Shown: positions 38,529 to 47,887, counted from the first letter of the stretch. The stretch is 64,000 nucleotides of DNA from Chloroflexota bacterium (GCA_018673955.1 JABHBJ010000093.1:10931-74930), one strand, 5' to 3'. Numbers and translations are program-made. Notes: generated by a model not told the origin, from the letters alone.

Positions 38529-38575
38529 GACTACTAAAGAACTTGTTCGGGCTGATTGATAAGTAATGAATCGAG

Positions 38576-38609
38576 TGGCCGGGAGTTGGTATTACCAACT
38601 TCCCGGCCA
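38576..38609. other. Intra-operon hairpin between L1 and L2
   Basis: TGGCCGGGAGTTGGT-att-ACCAACTTCCCGGCCA (15 bp with one bulge). Confidence 0.65.
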
Positions 38610-38694
38610 ACTTGTTTCCAATAGAATTTTGAACTGGCTCAATTATCGGATCTAATCCTTCTATTTATGCGGGAAGATCCAACGAGGAAATCGA

Positions 38695-40965
38695 ATGGTC
38701 GCAACCTACGAGACGAAAACTGATTACAAGGTAATCGGCAATTCACCAATCAGGCACGACGGTCTGGACAAGGTGACTGGTCGAGCTATCTATGGTGGAG
38801 ACGTAAAAGTCCCAGGCCTAATTTGGGGCGACGTAATTCGCAGTCCACACGCGCATGCTCGAATCAAGAGCATCGACACCTCGGCTGCTGAGGCAATGGA
38901 AGGCGTATTCGCCGTTCTAACCCACGATGACTTCCCGCAGGCCGATGACAAGACCATCGACGCCGGTGAAGGCACAGTAAACCTCCGACGTGGTCAGTCG
39001 AACGTTATGGCCGACCAGAAAGTTCACTACAAGGGTCACGTTGTTGCCGCTGTAGCAGCCGTCGACCGAAATACAGCCGAAATTGCCGCTCAGGCGATCA
39101 AGGTTGAATATGAAGTTCTTCCAGCTATCACCGATGTCGACGCCGCAATGGCTGACGGCGCAGGTGTCATCCTCGAAGGTCTTGTTGGCGACCATTTGGG
39201 CGAAAACGTCGAGAACACGAACGTTGCTCGAGTGTTCCGGCACGAATTCGGGAACGTCGATGATGCATTTGCAAACTCCGACCTCGTTATCGAACGAACA
39301 GTCGCAATGTCGATGGTTCACCAGGGCTACATCGAACCACACAACGCAACCGCAATCTGGGCACAGGACGACAACCTAACCGTTTGGTCCAGCACACAGG
39401 GTTCGTTCGGTGTTCGATCACAGGTTGCTGGTCTACTCCACGTACCTGAATCTAAGGTCAAGGTGAACTACGTCGAAATCGGTGGCGGTTTCGGTGGAAA
39501 GACAGTCGTTTACCTAGCACCTATCGCTGCACTGCTCTCCCGCAAAGCGGGCGGACGTCCAGTGAAGCTGGTCATGGATCGATCATCTGTATTTGAAGCC
39601 ACAGGTCCAGCACCTGGGGGCAAGATTCGAATGAAAATCGGTGTAAACAAGGACGGTAAAATTCAAGCCGCCGACACCGATCTCATCCTCGAAGCCGGTG
39701 GATTCCCCGGATCAGCCGTTGGCGCAGCAGCAATCTGTGTATTCGCTTGCTACGACCTCCCTGTATCTCGAATCACCGGTTACGACGTTCTCGTAAACAA
39801 GCCAAAGTCAGCTGCATACCGAGCACCTGGCTCGCCACAGGCATCTTTCGCTATCGAGACTGTCATCGACGAAATTTGTGACGAACTCGGCTTCGACAAG
39901 ATTCAGTTCCGACTCGACAACGCTGCTCACGAAGGCACACGACGTGGTGACGGAGTGCAGTTCATTCGTGTTGGTCTTGAAGAATGTCTCGTAGCCGCTA
40001 AAGAGTCCGACCACTGGAACGCACCGCTTGGCGACGCTCCTGCAGGCAAGGCTCGCGGTCGCGGTATCGCTTCTGCCTACTGGATGAACGGTGGCGGTAA
40101 GTCGACTTGTGACCTGATGCTTCAGGACGATGGCACGGTCATGTTGAACGAAGGTTCTGCCGACATTGGCGGAACACGAACTTCTATCGCCATGCAGGCT
40201 GCTGAAGTTCTCGGCATCCCCGTTGAGGACTTCCACCCATCTATCCCCGACACCGACTCGATCGGTTTCACGGGTGTGACTGGCGGATCACGAACGACTT
40301 ACACGACTGGCCTAGCCGCTTACAACGCTGCTCAGAAGCTAGTTATTGAGTTGAAGAGCCGACTTGCCGACCTCTGGGAGACCAGTGCCGACAAAATAGA
40401 CTTCAACGAAGGTACATTCACTGCGAACGGCGATTCGATTGGTATTCAGGAACTCGCTGGCAAGCTCGACCCAACTGGTGGTCCCGCAACCTCGACTTCT
40501 TCCGTAAACCTTGCCGAAGCCGGTAACGCCTACGGTGTTCAGATCTGCGACCTCGAGATCGATCTCGCCACTGGCAAGACCGATGTTATTCGATACACAG
40601 CTGTTCAGGACGTCGGAAAAGCAGTTCACCCGCAGTACGCTGAAGGTCAGATTCAGGGTGGCGTTGTTCAGGGTCTTGGTTGGGCGCTAAATGAGGAATA
40701 CTTCATCACTGATGAAGGAGCTATGGCCAACCGGTCGTTCCTCGACTACCGCATGCCTACCTCGCTCGACATGCCTATGATCGACACGATCATGGTCGAA
40801 GTTCCGAACCCACTGCACCCTTACGGTGTTCGTGGAATCGGTGAAGTTCCAATTTGCCCACCGCTTTCTGCCGCCACACAGGCAGTGAAGGAAGCAGTCG
40901 GCAAGCCTTTCTACGAACTGCCGGTCAAACCTGGTCGAATCCTAGAAGCACTTAACGGCGACTAA
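38695..40965 (+). CDS. Xanthine dehydrogenase family molybdopterin-binding subunit (L2, paralog of L1)
   Basis: Same length (756 aa) and same motifs as L1: GGGFGGK, AAYRAPG, TGGSR and RGIGE. Confidence 0.93.
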   Translation: MVATYETKTDYKVIGNSPIRHDGLDKVTGRAIYGGDVKVPGLIWGDVIRSPHAHARIKSIDTSAAEAMEGVFAVLTHDDFPQADDKTIDAGEGTVNLRRGQSNVMADQKVHYKGHVVAAVAAVDRNTAEIAAQAIKVEYEVLPAITDVDAAMADGAGVILEGLVGDHLGENVENTNVARVFRHEFGNVDDAFANSDLVIERTVAMSMVHQGYIEPHNATAIWAQDDNLTVWSSTQGSFGVRSQVAGLLHVPESKVKVNYVEIGGGFGGKTVVYLAPIAALLSRKAGGRPVKLVMDRSSVFEATGPAPGGKIRMKIGVNKDGKIQAADTDLILEAGGFPGSAVGAAAICVFACYDLPVSRITGYDVLVNKPKSAAYRAPGSPQASFAIETVIDEICDELGFDKIQFRLDNAAHEGTRRGDGVQFIRVGLEECLVAAKESDHWNAPLGDAPAGKARGRGIASAYWMNGGGKSTCDLMLQDDGTVMLNEGSADIGGTRTSIAMQAAEVLGIPVEDFHPSIPDTDSIGFTGVTGGSRTTYTTGLAAYNAAQKLVIELKSRLADLWETSADKIDFNEGTFTANGDSIGIQELAGKLDPTGGPATSTSSVNLAEAGNAYGVQICDLEIDLATGKTDVIRYTAVQDVGKAVHPQYAEGQIQGGVVQGLGWALNEEYFITDEGAMANRSFLDYRMPTSLDMPMIDTIMVEVPNPLHPYGVRGIGEVPICPPLSAATQAVKEAVGKPFYELPVKPGRILEALNGD

Positions 40966-41032
40966 TTAGTTCTACCAATTCAGGTGCAGTCAGGTCGTAA
41001 TTGATCTCGAACAACCTGAAAGGGAGGTAAAA

Positions 41033-41314
41033 ATGGCAACGGTCTTCCTCCCTTACGCTCTGCGCAAGTACGCTGACGGCGCAGAGCGGGTAGAAATAGC
41101 CGCCAAGACTCTTGGCGAGCTGATCGACAATCTTGAAGCTGCCTACCCCGGCACAGGCCACCATCTCGTTGAAGAAGGTCGGCTCAAGCCGGGGCTGGCG
41201 GCAATTGTCGGGCACATGGCGACCCGAAGAGGTCTGCTACAGAAGTTAGAACCCGATACCGAGGTTCATTTCATCACAGCTATATCTGGCGGTTCCGGGA
41301 TTTTTGTCAAGTAA
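41033..41314 (+). CDS. MoaD/ThiS family ubiquitin-like sulfur carrier with an extension after GG
   Basis: MATVFLPYALR...TLGELIDNLEAAYPG...EVHFITAISGG-SGIFVK; RBS GGGAGG. Confidence 0.85.
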   Translation: MATVFLPYALRKYADGAERVEIAAKTLGELIDNLEAAYPGTGHHLVEEGRLKPGLAAIVGHMATRRGLLQKLEPDTEVHFITAISGGSGIFVK

Positions 41315-41427
41315 TCGATATTCATCTCAGTCCACACCTCGCTGATAGGATTGGTGAGAATTCTCTGCACAGGTGAGCGCATCAAATGCCCACACTGAAC
41401 CGAAAGCAGCAGCTGGAAACCTAGAAT

Positions 41428-42060
41428 ATGTCCATCAAAGAAATTTCGACCGATCTATCAACCGCCAAGTTCGATTTCGAAGATGGCGCGCTGCTCGGAG
41501 CCGCTTGCAAGCAGGTTATTGCCGATGGCGTCACATCGATGCTGAAGGCCGTTGGCGACGGTGTCGACGCTCAAGGAACTGCCGACACTCCGAAACGCGT
41601 CGCCAACATGTACGACGAACTACTCTCGGGCTACTCGACCGACCCAGTTGAGCTTCTTAACGGGGCAATGTTCGATGTTGAATACGACGAGATGGTCGTG
41701 GTGAAAGATATCGACTTCTACTCCCTCTGTGAGCACCATCTGCTGCCGTTCTACGGGAAAGCTCACGTTGGATACCTGCCAAACCAGAAAGTTATCGGAC
41801 TTTCAAAAATTCCGCGCATGGTCGAAATGTTCGCTCGCAGGCTTCAAGTGCAAGAGCGAATGACCCAGCAGATCGCCCTAACCCTCGATGAACTGATCCA
41901 GCCAGCTGGCATTGGCGTAGTTGTTGAAGCGAAGCACCTTTGTGCCGCCATGCGAGGCGTGCGCAAACCCAACACAACAATGACCACTAGCGCCGTGCGC
42001 GGTCAGTTCAAGAACAATCCGTCGACTCGAGAAGAATTCTTCAGTCACGTCAGACAATAG
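41428..42060 (+). CDS. folE: GTP cyclohydrolase I
   Basis: TPKRVA, SLCEHHLLPF, GLSKIPR, RRLQVQERMT and HLCAAMRGV. Confidence 0.95.
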   Translation: MSIKEISTDLSTAKFDFEDGALLGAACKQVIADGVTSMLKAVGDGVDAQGTADTPKRVANMYDELLSGYSTDPVELLNGAMFDVEYDEMVVVKDIDFYSLCEHHLLPFYGKAHVGYLPNQKVIGLSKIPRMVEMFARRLQVQERMTQQIALTLDELIQPAGIGVVVEAKHLCAAMRGVRKPNTTMTTSAVRGQFKNNPSTREEFFSHVRQ

Positions 42061-42095
42061 TCACCACTCAGCCGTAATCAGAGAACTTCTGTCGC

Positions 42096-42827
42096 ATGGA
42101 TCCAAACGGAAAAGTTGCCCTCGTCACAGGCGCAGGAAGAAGAGTCGGGCGATCGCTCGCACTGGCGCTCGGCGATGCCGGCTGTCGAGTAGCAGTTCAC
42201 TACGGACAATCTGAGCAAGATGCGAACGAAACTGTCGCCCTCATCCAATCGATGGGCAGGGAAGCCGTAGCTATTCAAGCCAATCTCGAAGACCCAGCAC
42301 AGGTAGCGTCGCTTGCCGACTCAGTCGCGGAACTATTGGGGCCAATCGAAATCTTGGTCAACAACGCTTCGATATTCGAAAAAATTGAACTCGAAGACGT
42401 TTCGACTGACGAATGGGATCGACATTTTGCTATCAATGTTCGAGCACCGTTCATTCTGGCTCAGGCTATGCAGGCCCAGTTAACGTCCGATTCTCACGGC
42501 AAAGTCATCAACCTCAACGATTGGCGCACAGCCCGTCCGACTCGATTTGCCTACGGTATTACTAAATCCGCTCTTTCAGGGCTCACTCGCACGCTGGCGC
42601 TTTCAATGGCGCCACATGTGCAAGCCAACGAGATATCTCTTGGCGCAATACTCCCGCCATCCGACATTCCTATCGATCGACCTCGTAGAGAAATTGAAAT
42701 CGACCTTGGCCCTGCGGATCGAATGGGATCGCTCAACGAAGTAGCCGATACCATGTTGATGCTAATAAAAATCGACTTCATTACCGGTGAAACGATCAAC
42801 GTCGATGGCGGCAGGCACATTCAATAG
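42096..42827 (+). CDS. Pteridine reductase-like SDR (FolM/PTR1-like)
   Basis: TGAGRRVG (TGxxxRxG signature), NNASIF and YGITK (YxxxK); located between folE and folB. Confidence 0.8.
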   Translation: MDPNGKVALVTGAGRRVGRSLALALGDAGCRVAVHYGQSEQDANETVALIQSMGREAVAIQANLEDPAQVASLADSVAELLGPIEILVNNASIFEKIELEDVSTDEWDRHFAINVRAPFILAQAMQAQLTSDSHGKVINLNDWRTARPTRFAYGITKSALSGLTRTLALSMAPHVQANEISLGAILPPSDIPIDRPRREIEIDLGPADRMGSLNEVADTMLMLIKIDFITGETINVDGGRHIQ

Positions 42828-42901
42828 CCAACACAATTAACGACTGCTCTGAATACACATCCAAGCAACCAATTCGATTCGCTCTCAGCACGAAATAATC
42901 A

Positions 42902-43300
42902 ATGCCCCCGCTCACAACATCATCTTCTTCATCAGATAATTCTGGCCCGCTCGACACCGTTCGCATCGAGCGACTCGTTCTCGACTGCATAATCGGAATA
43001 AATCCTTGGGAGCGCCTTACAAAGCAGCGCATCACTATCGATATCGAGATGAACGCCGATCTTTCTGTAGCCGGCGCGTCAGATTCGATCGAAGACACGA
43101 TCAACTATCGAACAGTGTCTAAAGCTGTGACAGCGGAGATTGAAGCTTCAAGCTACGGATTGGTAGAAGCGCTAGCATCCCGAGTAGCCGAAATCTGTCT
43201 CGAAGATGAACGCGTTCAGTCGGTAGAAGTGACTGTGAGAAAACCGGGAGCTGTAAGAAAAGCTACCGCAGTTGGCGTAATTATCAGGCGCAGCAGGTAG
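42902..43300 (+). CDS. folB: Dihydroneopterin aldolase / FolX-like T-fold enzyme
   Basis: IIGINPWER, SDSIEDTINY, LVEALA and VRKPGA. Confidence 0.88.
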   Translation: MPPLTTSSSSSDNSGPLDTVRIERLVLDCIIGINPWERLTKQRITIDIEMNADLSVAGASDSIEDTINYRTVSKAVTAEIEASSYGLVEALASRVAEICLEDERVQSVEVTVRKPGAVRKATAVGVIIRRSR

Positions 43301-43302
43301 CT

Positions 43303-43473
43303 CTAAGCTACGGCGCTCTGACCGAACTGAACCCTGAACTCGCTCTCGGCATCCCGAACACGCGCCGCAAGTTCCGACAACTTGTCGTCGTCAGCTCCAA
43401 GCTCTTGAGCTTGGCCGAGAACGCCTAAGGCAGCGATAAGTTCGGTTGCTATTTGATTCTGATCAGTATGCAT
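43303..43473 (-). CDS. Small hypothetical protein (56 aa, below the ORF-track cutoff)
   Basis: Manual translation MHTDQNQIATELIAALGVLGQAQELGADDDKLSELAARVRDAESEFRVQFGQSAVA. It looks amphipathic-helical and fills the gap up to the folB stop. RBS is weak. Confidence 0.55.
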   Translation of the reverse strand: MHTDQNQIATELIAALGVLGQAQELGADDDKLSELAARVRDAESEFRVQFGQSAVA

Positions 43474-43581
43474 CGTGATGTTGTCCGGGCCGGTGAACAG
43501 TTCACACAGTGTCGAATGTGCGAGAGACGGTTAATCCTAGAGGTAATTCGAGATGACCAGTTGGACGCCAAAACTCACAAT

Positions 43582-43628
43582 ACACAATTTGTAGTGTTTT
43601 TACGTTGGTAAACCACTACAAATTGCGA
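43582..43628. promoter_or_regulatory. Tandem NrdR-box-like operator
   Basis: ACACAATTTGTAGTGT (43582-43597) and CCACTACAAATTGCGA (43613-43628) with a 15-bp linker; consensus acaCwAtATaTwGtgt. Confidence 0.6.
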
Positions 43629-43851
43629 CACTAGCTCAATTATGACTCGCCTGTGACGGCGCGCCATGCAGGGAAACACCCAGTCACCAATCGGCGCGCC
43701 ACTGGGGAATCAAGTGATTGTCGTCATCACAGCAGACTAACCAATAGCTAGATTGAACTCAAAATCTATTTGTCGGCCGAATTCTCCCAACCGCGCACGT
43801 AAAAAACGCATGATTGGGGAATGCTGTGAACAGTCGACAGCGCGCCGCAAG

Positions 43852-45507
43852 CTATTTACCAGGCGAAGCGTCACTGCTCGGCGGTGCTTGCGGAGGTCCG
43901 CCGCGTTTTCGCAACGGAACTTCTCGAATAAAGATCGTTGCCAGCACTGCGATGACAACGAAAATGAAAGCCAAGAAGAACACATCTCCGATTGCACCCG
44001 CCAGTGACTCTCGAATTGCTTCGAATACCTGGTCCCCGAGAGCAACTCCTGATTCACCAGAAGCCGCAAATGCATTTCTCAAACTCTCTGAGCCTTCAGC
44101 ATTCAACAAAGCATTCGGGTTACTGGTTATCTGTTCCAACAACTGCGGAGGAACGGCCTCGATAGCCTCAGAAGGCAAATTATCCTGCATGCCATCTTTG
44201 AACTGGCGCACCATGTACGACCCGAACAGCGCGAGACCAATAGACCCTCCGACCGATCGGAAAAACTGAGTCGATGAGGTCGCAATACCCAAGTACTGCT
44301 GCGGAACACCGTTCTGTACCGCAATGGTGAACAAAGGGAACGACGTGCCGAGCCCGAAGCCCATTATGACTGCCGAGATAAGCGCGTAAGCGTGCGTCGT
44401 ATCACCTGAAACGCGACTAAGCAGGAACATTCCAGTCGCCATGATCGAAACACCGACAATACCTTGAAGTCGATAGTGACCTCCGGTTCGAGCGAGGATT
44501 TGACCACTCGTCGCAGCTCCGAACACGATTCCTAACATCATTGGTGTCAGGAAACTTCCGCTGGCTGTTGGCGATGCTCCGAGCACGCCTTGGAACAGAA
44601 GTGGAATAAAGAATATTGCGCCGAACATCGCAAACCCAGTCAAGAATGTGACCAGCAGCGCGATTCCGACGATTCTGTTCTTGAACACTCCAAGGGGAAG
44701 AAGTGGTTCAGCAACGCGCGTCTCGTAAATAACGAATACGACCAGAGCAACCCCACTGAATATTAGTGAGCCAGTCACAAGCGGATCAGACCACTCGTAT
44801 TGGTTTCCACCCCACGAAAGCCCGAGTAGCCCCGGCACGATCGCGAACACGACCAATACAGCGCCACCAATGTCGATCTTCCGCTTTGGGCCGTCTTTCT
44901 TACCGTTCGGGAACAGCTTGATGAACAGTGCGATCACAGGAATACCAAGCGGAATGTTCACTAGGAAAATCCACTCCCATGAGAGCTGATCGGTAATGAA
45001 CCCGCCCAGAGTTGGTCCTAAAACCGAAGAAACACCGAACATCGCTGAGATGATTCCCATGTACTTGGCTCGTTCGTTTGGTGGAAACAAATCGGCAATC
45101 GTCACGAACGACAACGCCATAATCATTCCGCCACCTACACCTTGAACTCCTCTGAAAATAATCAGAGCATTCATGCTCGGCGAGAACGCGGCTAACGCAG
45201 AGCCAACAAGGAAAATCGCTATCGCACCAACGAACAACCACTTCCGCCCGTAAACGTCAGACACAGCCCCGGTGATTAGTACAACCGAGGTCGAGGCCAC
45301 GATGTAAGCCGTTGATATCCACGTAAAACGGTCAAAGCCATCGAGATCGGCCATGATCCTAGGAATCGCAGTCGCAACGATCGTCTGATCGAGCGATGCC
45401 AGGAACATCGCGAACATCACGCCGATCAATGTCAGCTTGATTTGACCCGGGGTTAGACCCGGATCTTTCCAATCGCCCATAAACGGAGCGGCCTTAGCTT
45501 CAGCCAA
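43852..45507 (-). CDS. DHA2 (EmrB/QacA, 14-TM) MFS efflux transporter
   Basis: LASLDQTIVATA, SDVYGRK, RGVQGVGGG, GPTLGGFI and WIFLVNIPLG. Confidence 0.92.
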   Translation of the reverse strand: MAEAKAAPFMGDWKDPGLTPGQIKLTLIGVMFAMFLASLDQTIVATAIPRIMADLDGFDRFTWISTAYIVASTSVVLITGAVSDVYGRKWLFVGAIAIFLVGSALAAFSPSMNALIIFRGVQGVGGGMIMALSFVTIADLFPPNERAKYMGIISAMFGVSSVLGPTLGGFITDQLSWEWIFLVNIPLGIPVIALFIKLFPNGKKDGPKRKIDIGGAVLVVFAIVPGLLGLSWGGNQYEWSDPLVTGSLIFSGVALVVFVIYETRVAEPLLPLGVFKNRIVGIALLVTFLTGFAMFGAIFFIPLLFQGVLGASPTASGSFLTPMMLGIVFGAATSGQILARTGGHYRLQGIVGVSIMATGMFLLSRVSGDTTHAYALISAVIMGFGLGTSFPLFTIAVQNGVPQQYLGIATSSTQFFRSVGGSIGLALFGSYMVRQFKDGMQDNLPSEAIEAVPPQLLEQITSNPNALLNAEGSESLRNAFAASGESGVALGDQVFEAIRESLAGAIGDVFFLAFIFVVIAVLATIFIREVPLRKRGGPPQAPPSSDASPGK

Positions 45508-45577
45508 TGCGTAACTACCTCTGAATCTCTAGTTTGAAGAGATCAATTCCGAGTCTACATAGGGTTAGATAAAGAAC

Positions 45578-47887
45578 CTACGACGACGAATCTTTCATCG
45601 CTTCGAACACACGTTCCGGGCTCATCGGAAGCCGGGTCATTCGAATATCGATAGCGTCGCTAATAGCGTTTCCAATAGCAGCAGGTGGAGGAATGATCGG
45701 CGGTTCGCCGACTCCTCGAATCCCGAACGCACCGTCATCGGCTGGAGTTTCAAGAATTACAGTGTTGATCATCGGCAAGTCCAGAGCCGTTGGCATCCGG
45801 TAGTCGAGGAACGAAGCGTTTTTCATCAAGCCCTGATCGTCATAAACATACTCTTCAGAAAGAGCCCAACCGATTCCCTGCACAGCGCCACCCTGCATCT
45901 GGCTCTCGACCTGCGTCGGGTTGATGCACTTACCGACATCTTGGAACAGCGTGAAGTCGGTCAACTGAACCTTGCCTGTGTCGGGGTCGACTTCAACATC
46001 CGCAACCGCCATTGCGTAGCCGTTTGCGGGTCGCATGCCGGGATCATTCGAAGCCGTCGCAACAACGTTCGAGCCGTTCTTCGTTACAGCCGCTCCAGCA
46101 TCCTTGAACGAAACCTTGGAATCTTGATTATCACGAGCGTAGAAATTTCCGTCTTCGTACTCGACAAATTCAGCCTCGACGCCAAAACGAACTGCCATCT
46201 TTTCTTTCATCTGCTGAATCACTGAAGTTCCAGCTTTGAATACTGCCTGACTCAGCGTTCGGGTGATTCGTGACCCTGCGGCGTTTCCTGTGTAAGGAAT
46301 GCCTTCGGTGTCGGCAGTATGTACATTCACCTCTTCAGGCTCGATACCGAGCGTCTCCGCAGCAACCTGGGCAGTTCCCGTACGAACGCCGTGAAGGTCG
46401 ACCGCCCCGATCGTCACATCGACTCCACCATCATGGTTCACCATGACGCGTGCGCTTGAAATTTCGATTCCGCACGGCCACCAGCCGATTCCTACTCCAC
46501 GACCTACCGGCCAACCGTTTTCACTCTTCTTCACGGGTCGGTTGTACTCGTCGGAAGCTTTCACCGCTTCGAGCATGTCGACGATGCCGATACGGGTGTA
46601 CTGCTCGTCATCGACGTTGGTGTCGCCGGTCTTAGCGGCATTCTTAATGCGGAAGTCGATCGGATCCATTCCTATGCCACGAGCCAAATCGTCCAGAGTC
46701 GATTCGCCACAGAAAGTAGCGACAGTCGCACCCGGTGCTCGGTACGCAGCGACACGTGGAGCGTTAGTCACAACGTCATACGCGTCGACCTTGGAATTTT
46801 CCGGTTGATAGCAAGCGAAAATCGTCTGCATACCTCGAAGAACTGGCGATCCTGGGAATCCACCAGCTCCAAATACCAGTCGAGACTGTGCAGCCTTAAG
46901 AACGCCGTCTTTGGTCGCCCCCATCTTCACGGTTACAACCGCTCCCGATGCCGGACCTGTCGCCTTCAAAACCTCTTCACGTGTGAGAACGATTTTGACC
47001 GGCTTGCCGGACTTCTTCGAAAGAATCGCAGCTACTGGGGTGACACGAGGAGTGTTCTTTGCGCCAAACGCTCCCCCAACTTCTAGTGGTATTACTCTGA
47101 TTTTGCTTACATCAACGCCCAGCAAATTAGACATATTTTGGCGAAGTGGGAACGTACCTTGCGAATTGGCCCAAACATCTAATCGGCCGTCATTGTGCCA
47201 GTGAACAGTTTCGGCTTCTGGCTCAAGATAGCCCTGATGAACGAGCGCAGTTCGGTACGTTCGTTCGACCACGACGTCTGATTCAGCAAATCCTTTTTCG
47301 ACATCGCCTTTTCCACCTTCCATATGCCCGGCAATGTTGCTCGGTGCATCGGCAGAACCGGAAAGCGATGTTGCGATTAGGCCTTCGTGGAGAAGCGGCG
47401 CATCCTGCGACATCGCCTCAATAGGGTCGGTTACAGAAGGAAGAACTTCGTACTCAACTTTTACGAGTCGAGCCGCTTCTTCTGCGATGTGAATATCGGT
47501 CGCCGCAACGGCAGCTACCGGATGCCCTTCAAATAGTGCTTTCCTACGCCCCATGATGAGGTTGGCGAGGAACTGAATGCCGATCTCGACTTCACCTGTG
47601 TCGACATCGCCCGAAACGTCAGAAGGGAAGTCGGCTGCTGTGCAAACGGCTTCTACTCCCGGCAACGCTTCGGCAGCCGAAGTGTCGATAGATACGATAC
47701 GGGCGTGTGCGTGCGGACTTCGAACGAACTTGGCAAACAACGAACCCTGTGCCGTGAAATCGGCACCGAATATTGCCTGTCCGGTTACTTTCTCGTCACC
47801 ATCGATTTTTCGGTATCGTTTTCCGAATTGTTTGAAATCTAAACCGTCGGCGTTTGCTCTTGTTTCAATAGTCACAAAAAGTCTCAC
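45578..47887 (-). CDS. Xanthine dehydrogenase family molybdopterin-binding subunit (L3, orphan)
   Basis: RSPHAHA, HQGYLEP, GGAFGAK, AAYRAPG, AGSR, QMQGG and RGVGEPP. Start may be GTG at 47875. Confidence 0.92.
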   Translation of the reverse strand: MRLFVTIETRANADGLDFKQFGKRYRKIDGDEKVTGQAIFGADFTAQGSLFAKFVRSPHAHARIVSIDTSAAEALPGVEAVCTAADFPSDVSGDVDTGEVEIGIQFLANLIMGRRKALFEGHPVAAVAATDIHIAEEAARLVKVEYEVLPSVTDPIEAMSQDAPLLHEGLIATSLSGSADAPSNIAGHMEGGKGDVEKGFAESDVVVERTYRTALVHQGYLEPEAETVHWHNDGRLDVWANSQGTFPLRQNMSNLLGVDVSKIRVIPLEVGGAFGAKNTPRVTPVAAILSKKSGKPVKIVLTREEVLKATGPASGAVVTVKMGATKDGVLKAAQSRLVFGAGGFPGSPVLRGMQTIFACYQPENSKVDAYDVVTNAPRVAAYRAPGATVATFCGESTLDDLARGIGMDPIDFRIKNAAKTGDTNVDDEQYTRIGIVDMLEAVKASDEYNRPVKKSENGWPVGRGVGIGWWPCGIEISSARVMVNHDGGVDVTIGAVDLHGVRTGTAQVAAETLGIEPEEVNVHTADTEGIPYTGNAAGSRITRTLSQAVFKAGTSVIQQMKEKMAVRFGVEAEFVEYEDGNFYARDNQDSKVSFKDAGAAVTKNGSNVVATASNDPGMRPANGYAMAVADVEVDPDTGKVQLTDFTLFQDVGKCINPTQVESQMQGGAVQGIGWALSEEYVYDDQGLMKNASFLDYRMPTALDLPMINTVILETPADDGAFGIRGVGEPPIIPPPAAIGNAISDAIDIRMTRLPMSPERVFEAMKDSSS

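Noticed and set aside
34801-40965. Aerobic CO dehydrogenase (coxMSL)
   Set aside because: The L subunits lack AYxCSFR (they have YRAPG) and there are no coxDEFG genes, so only family-level calls were made.
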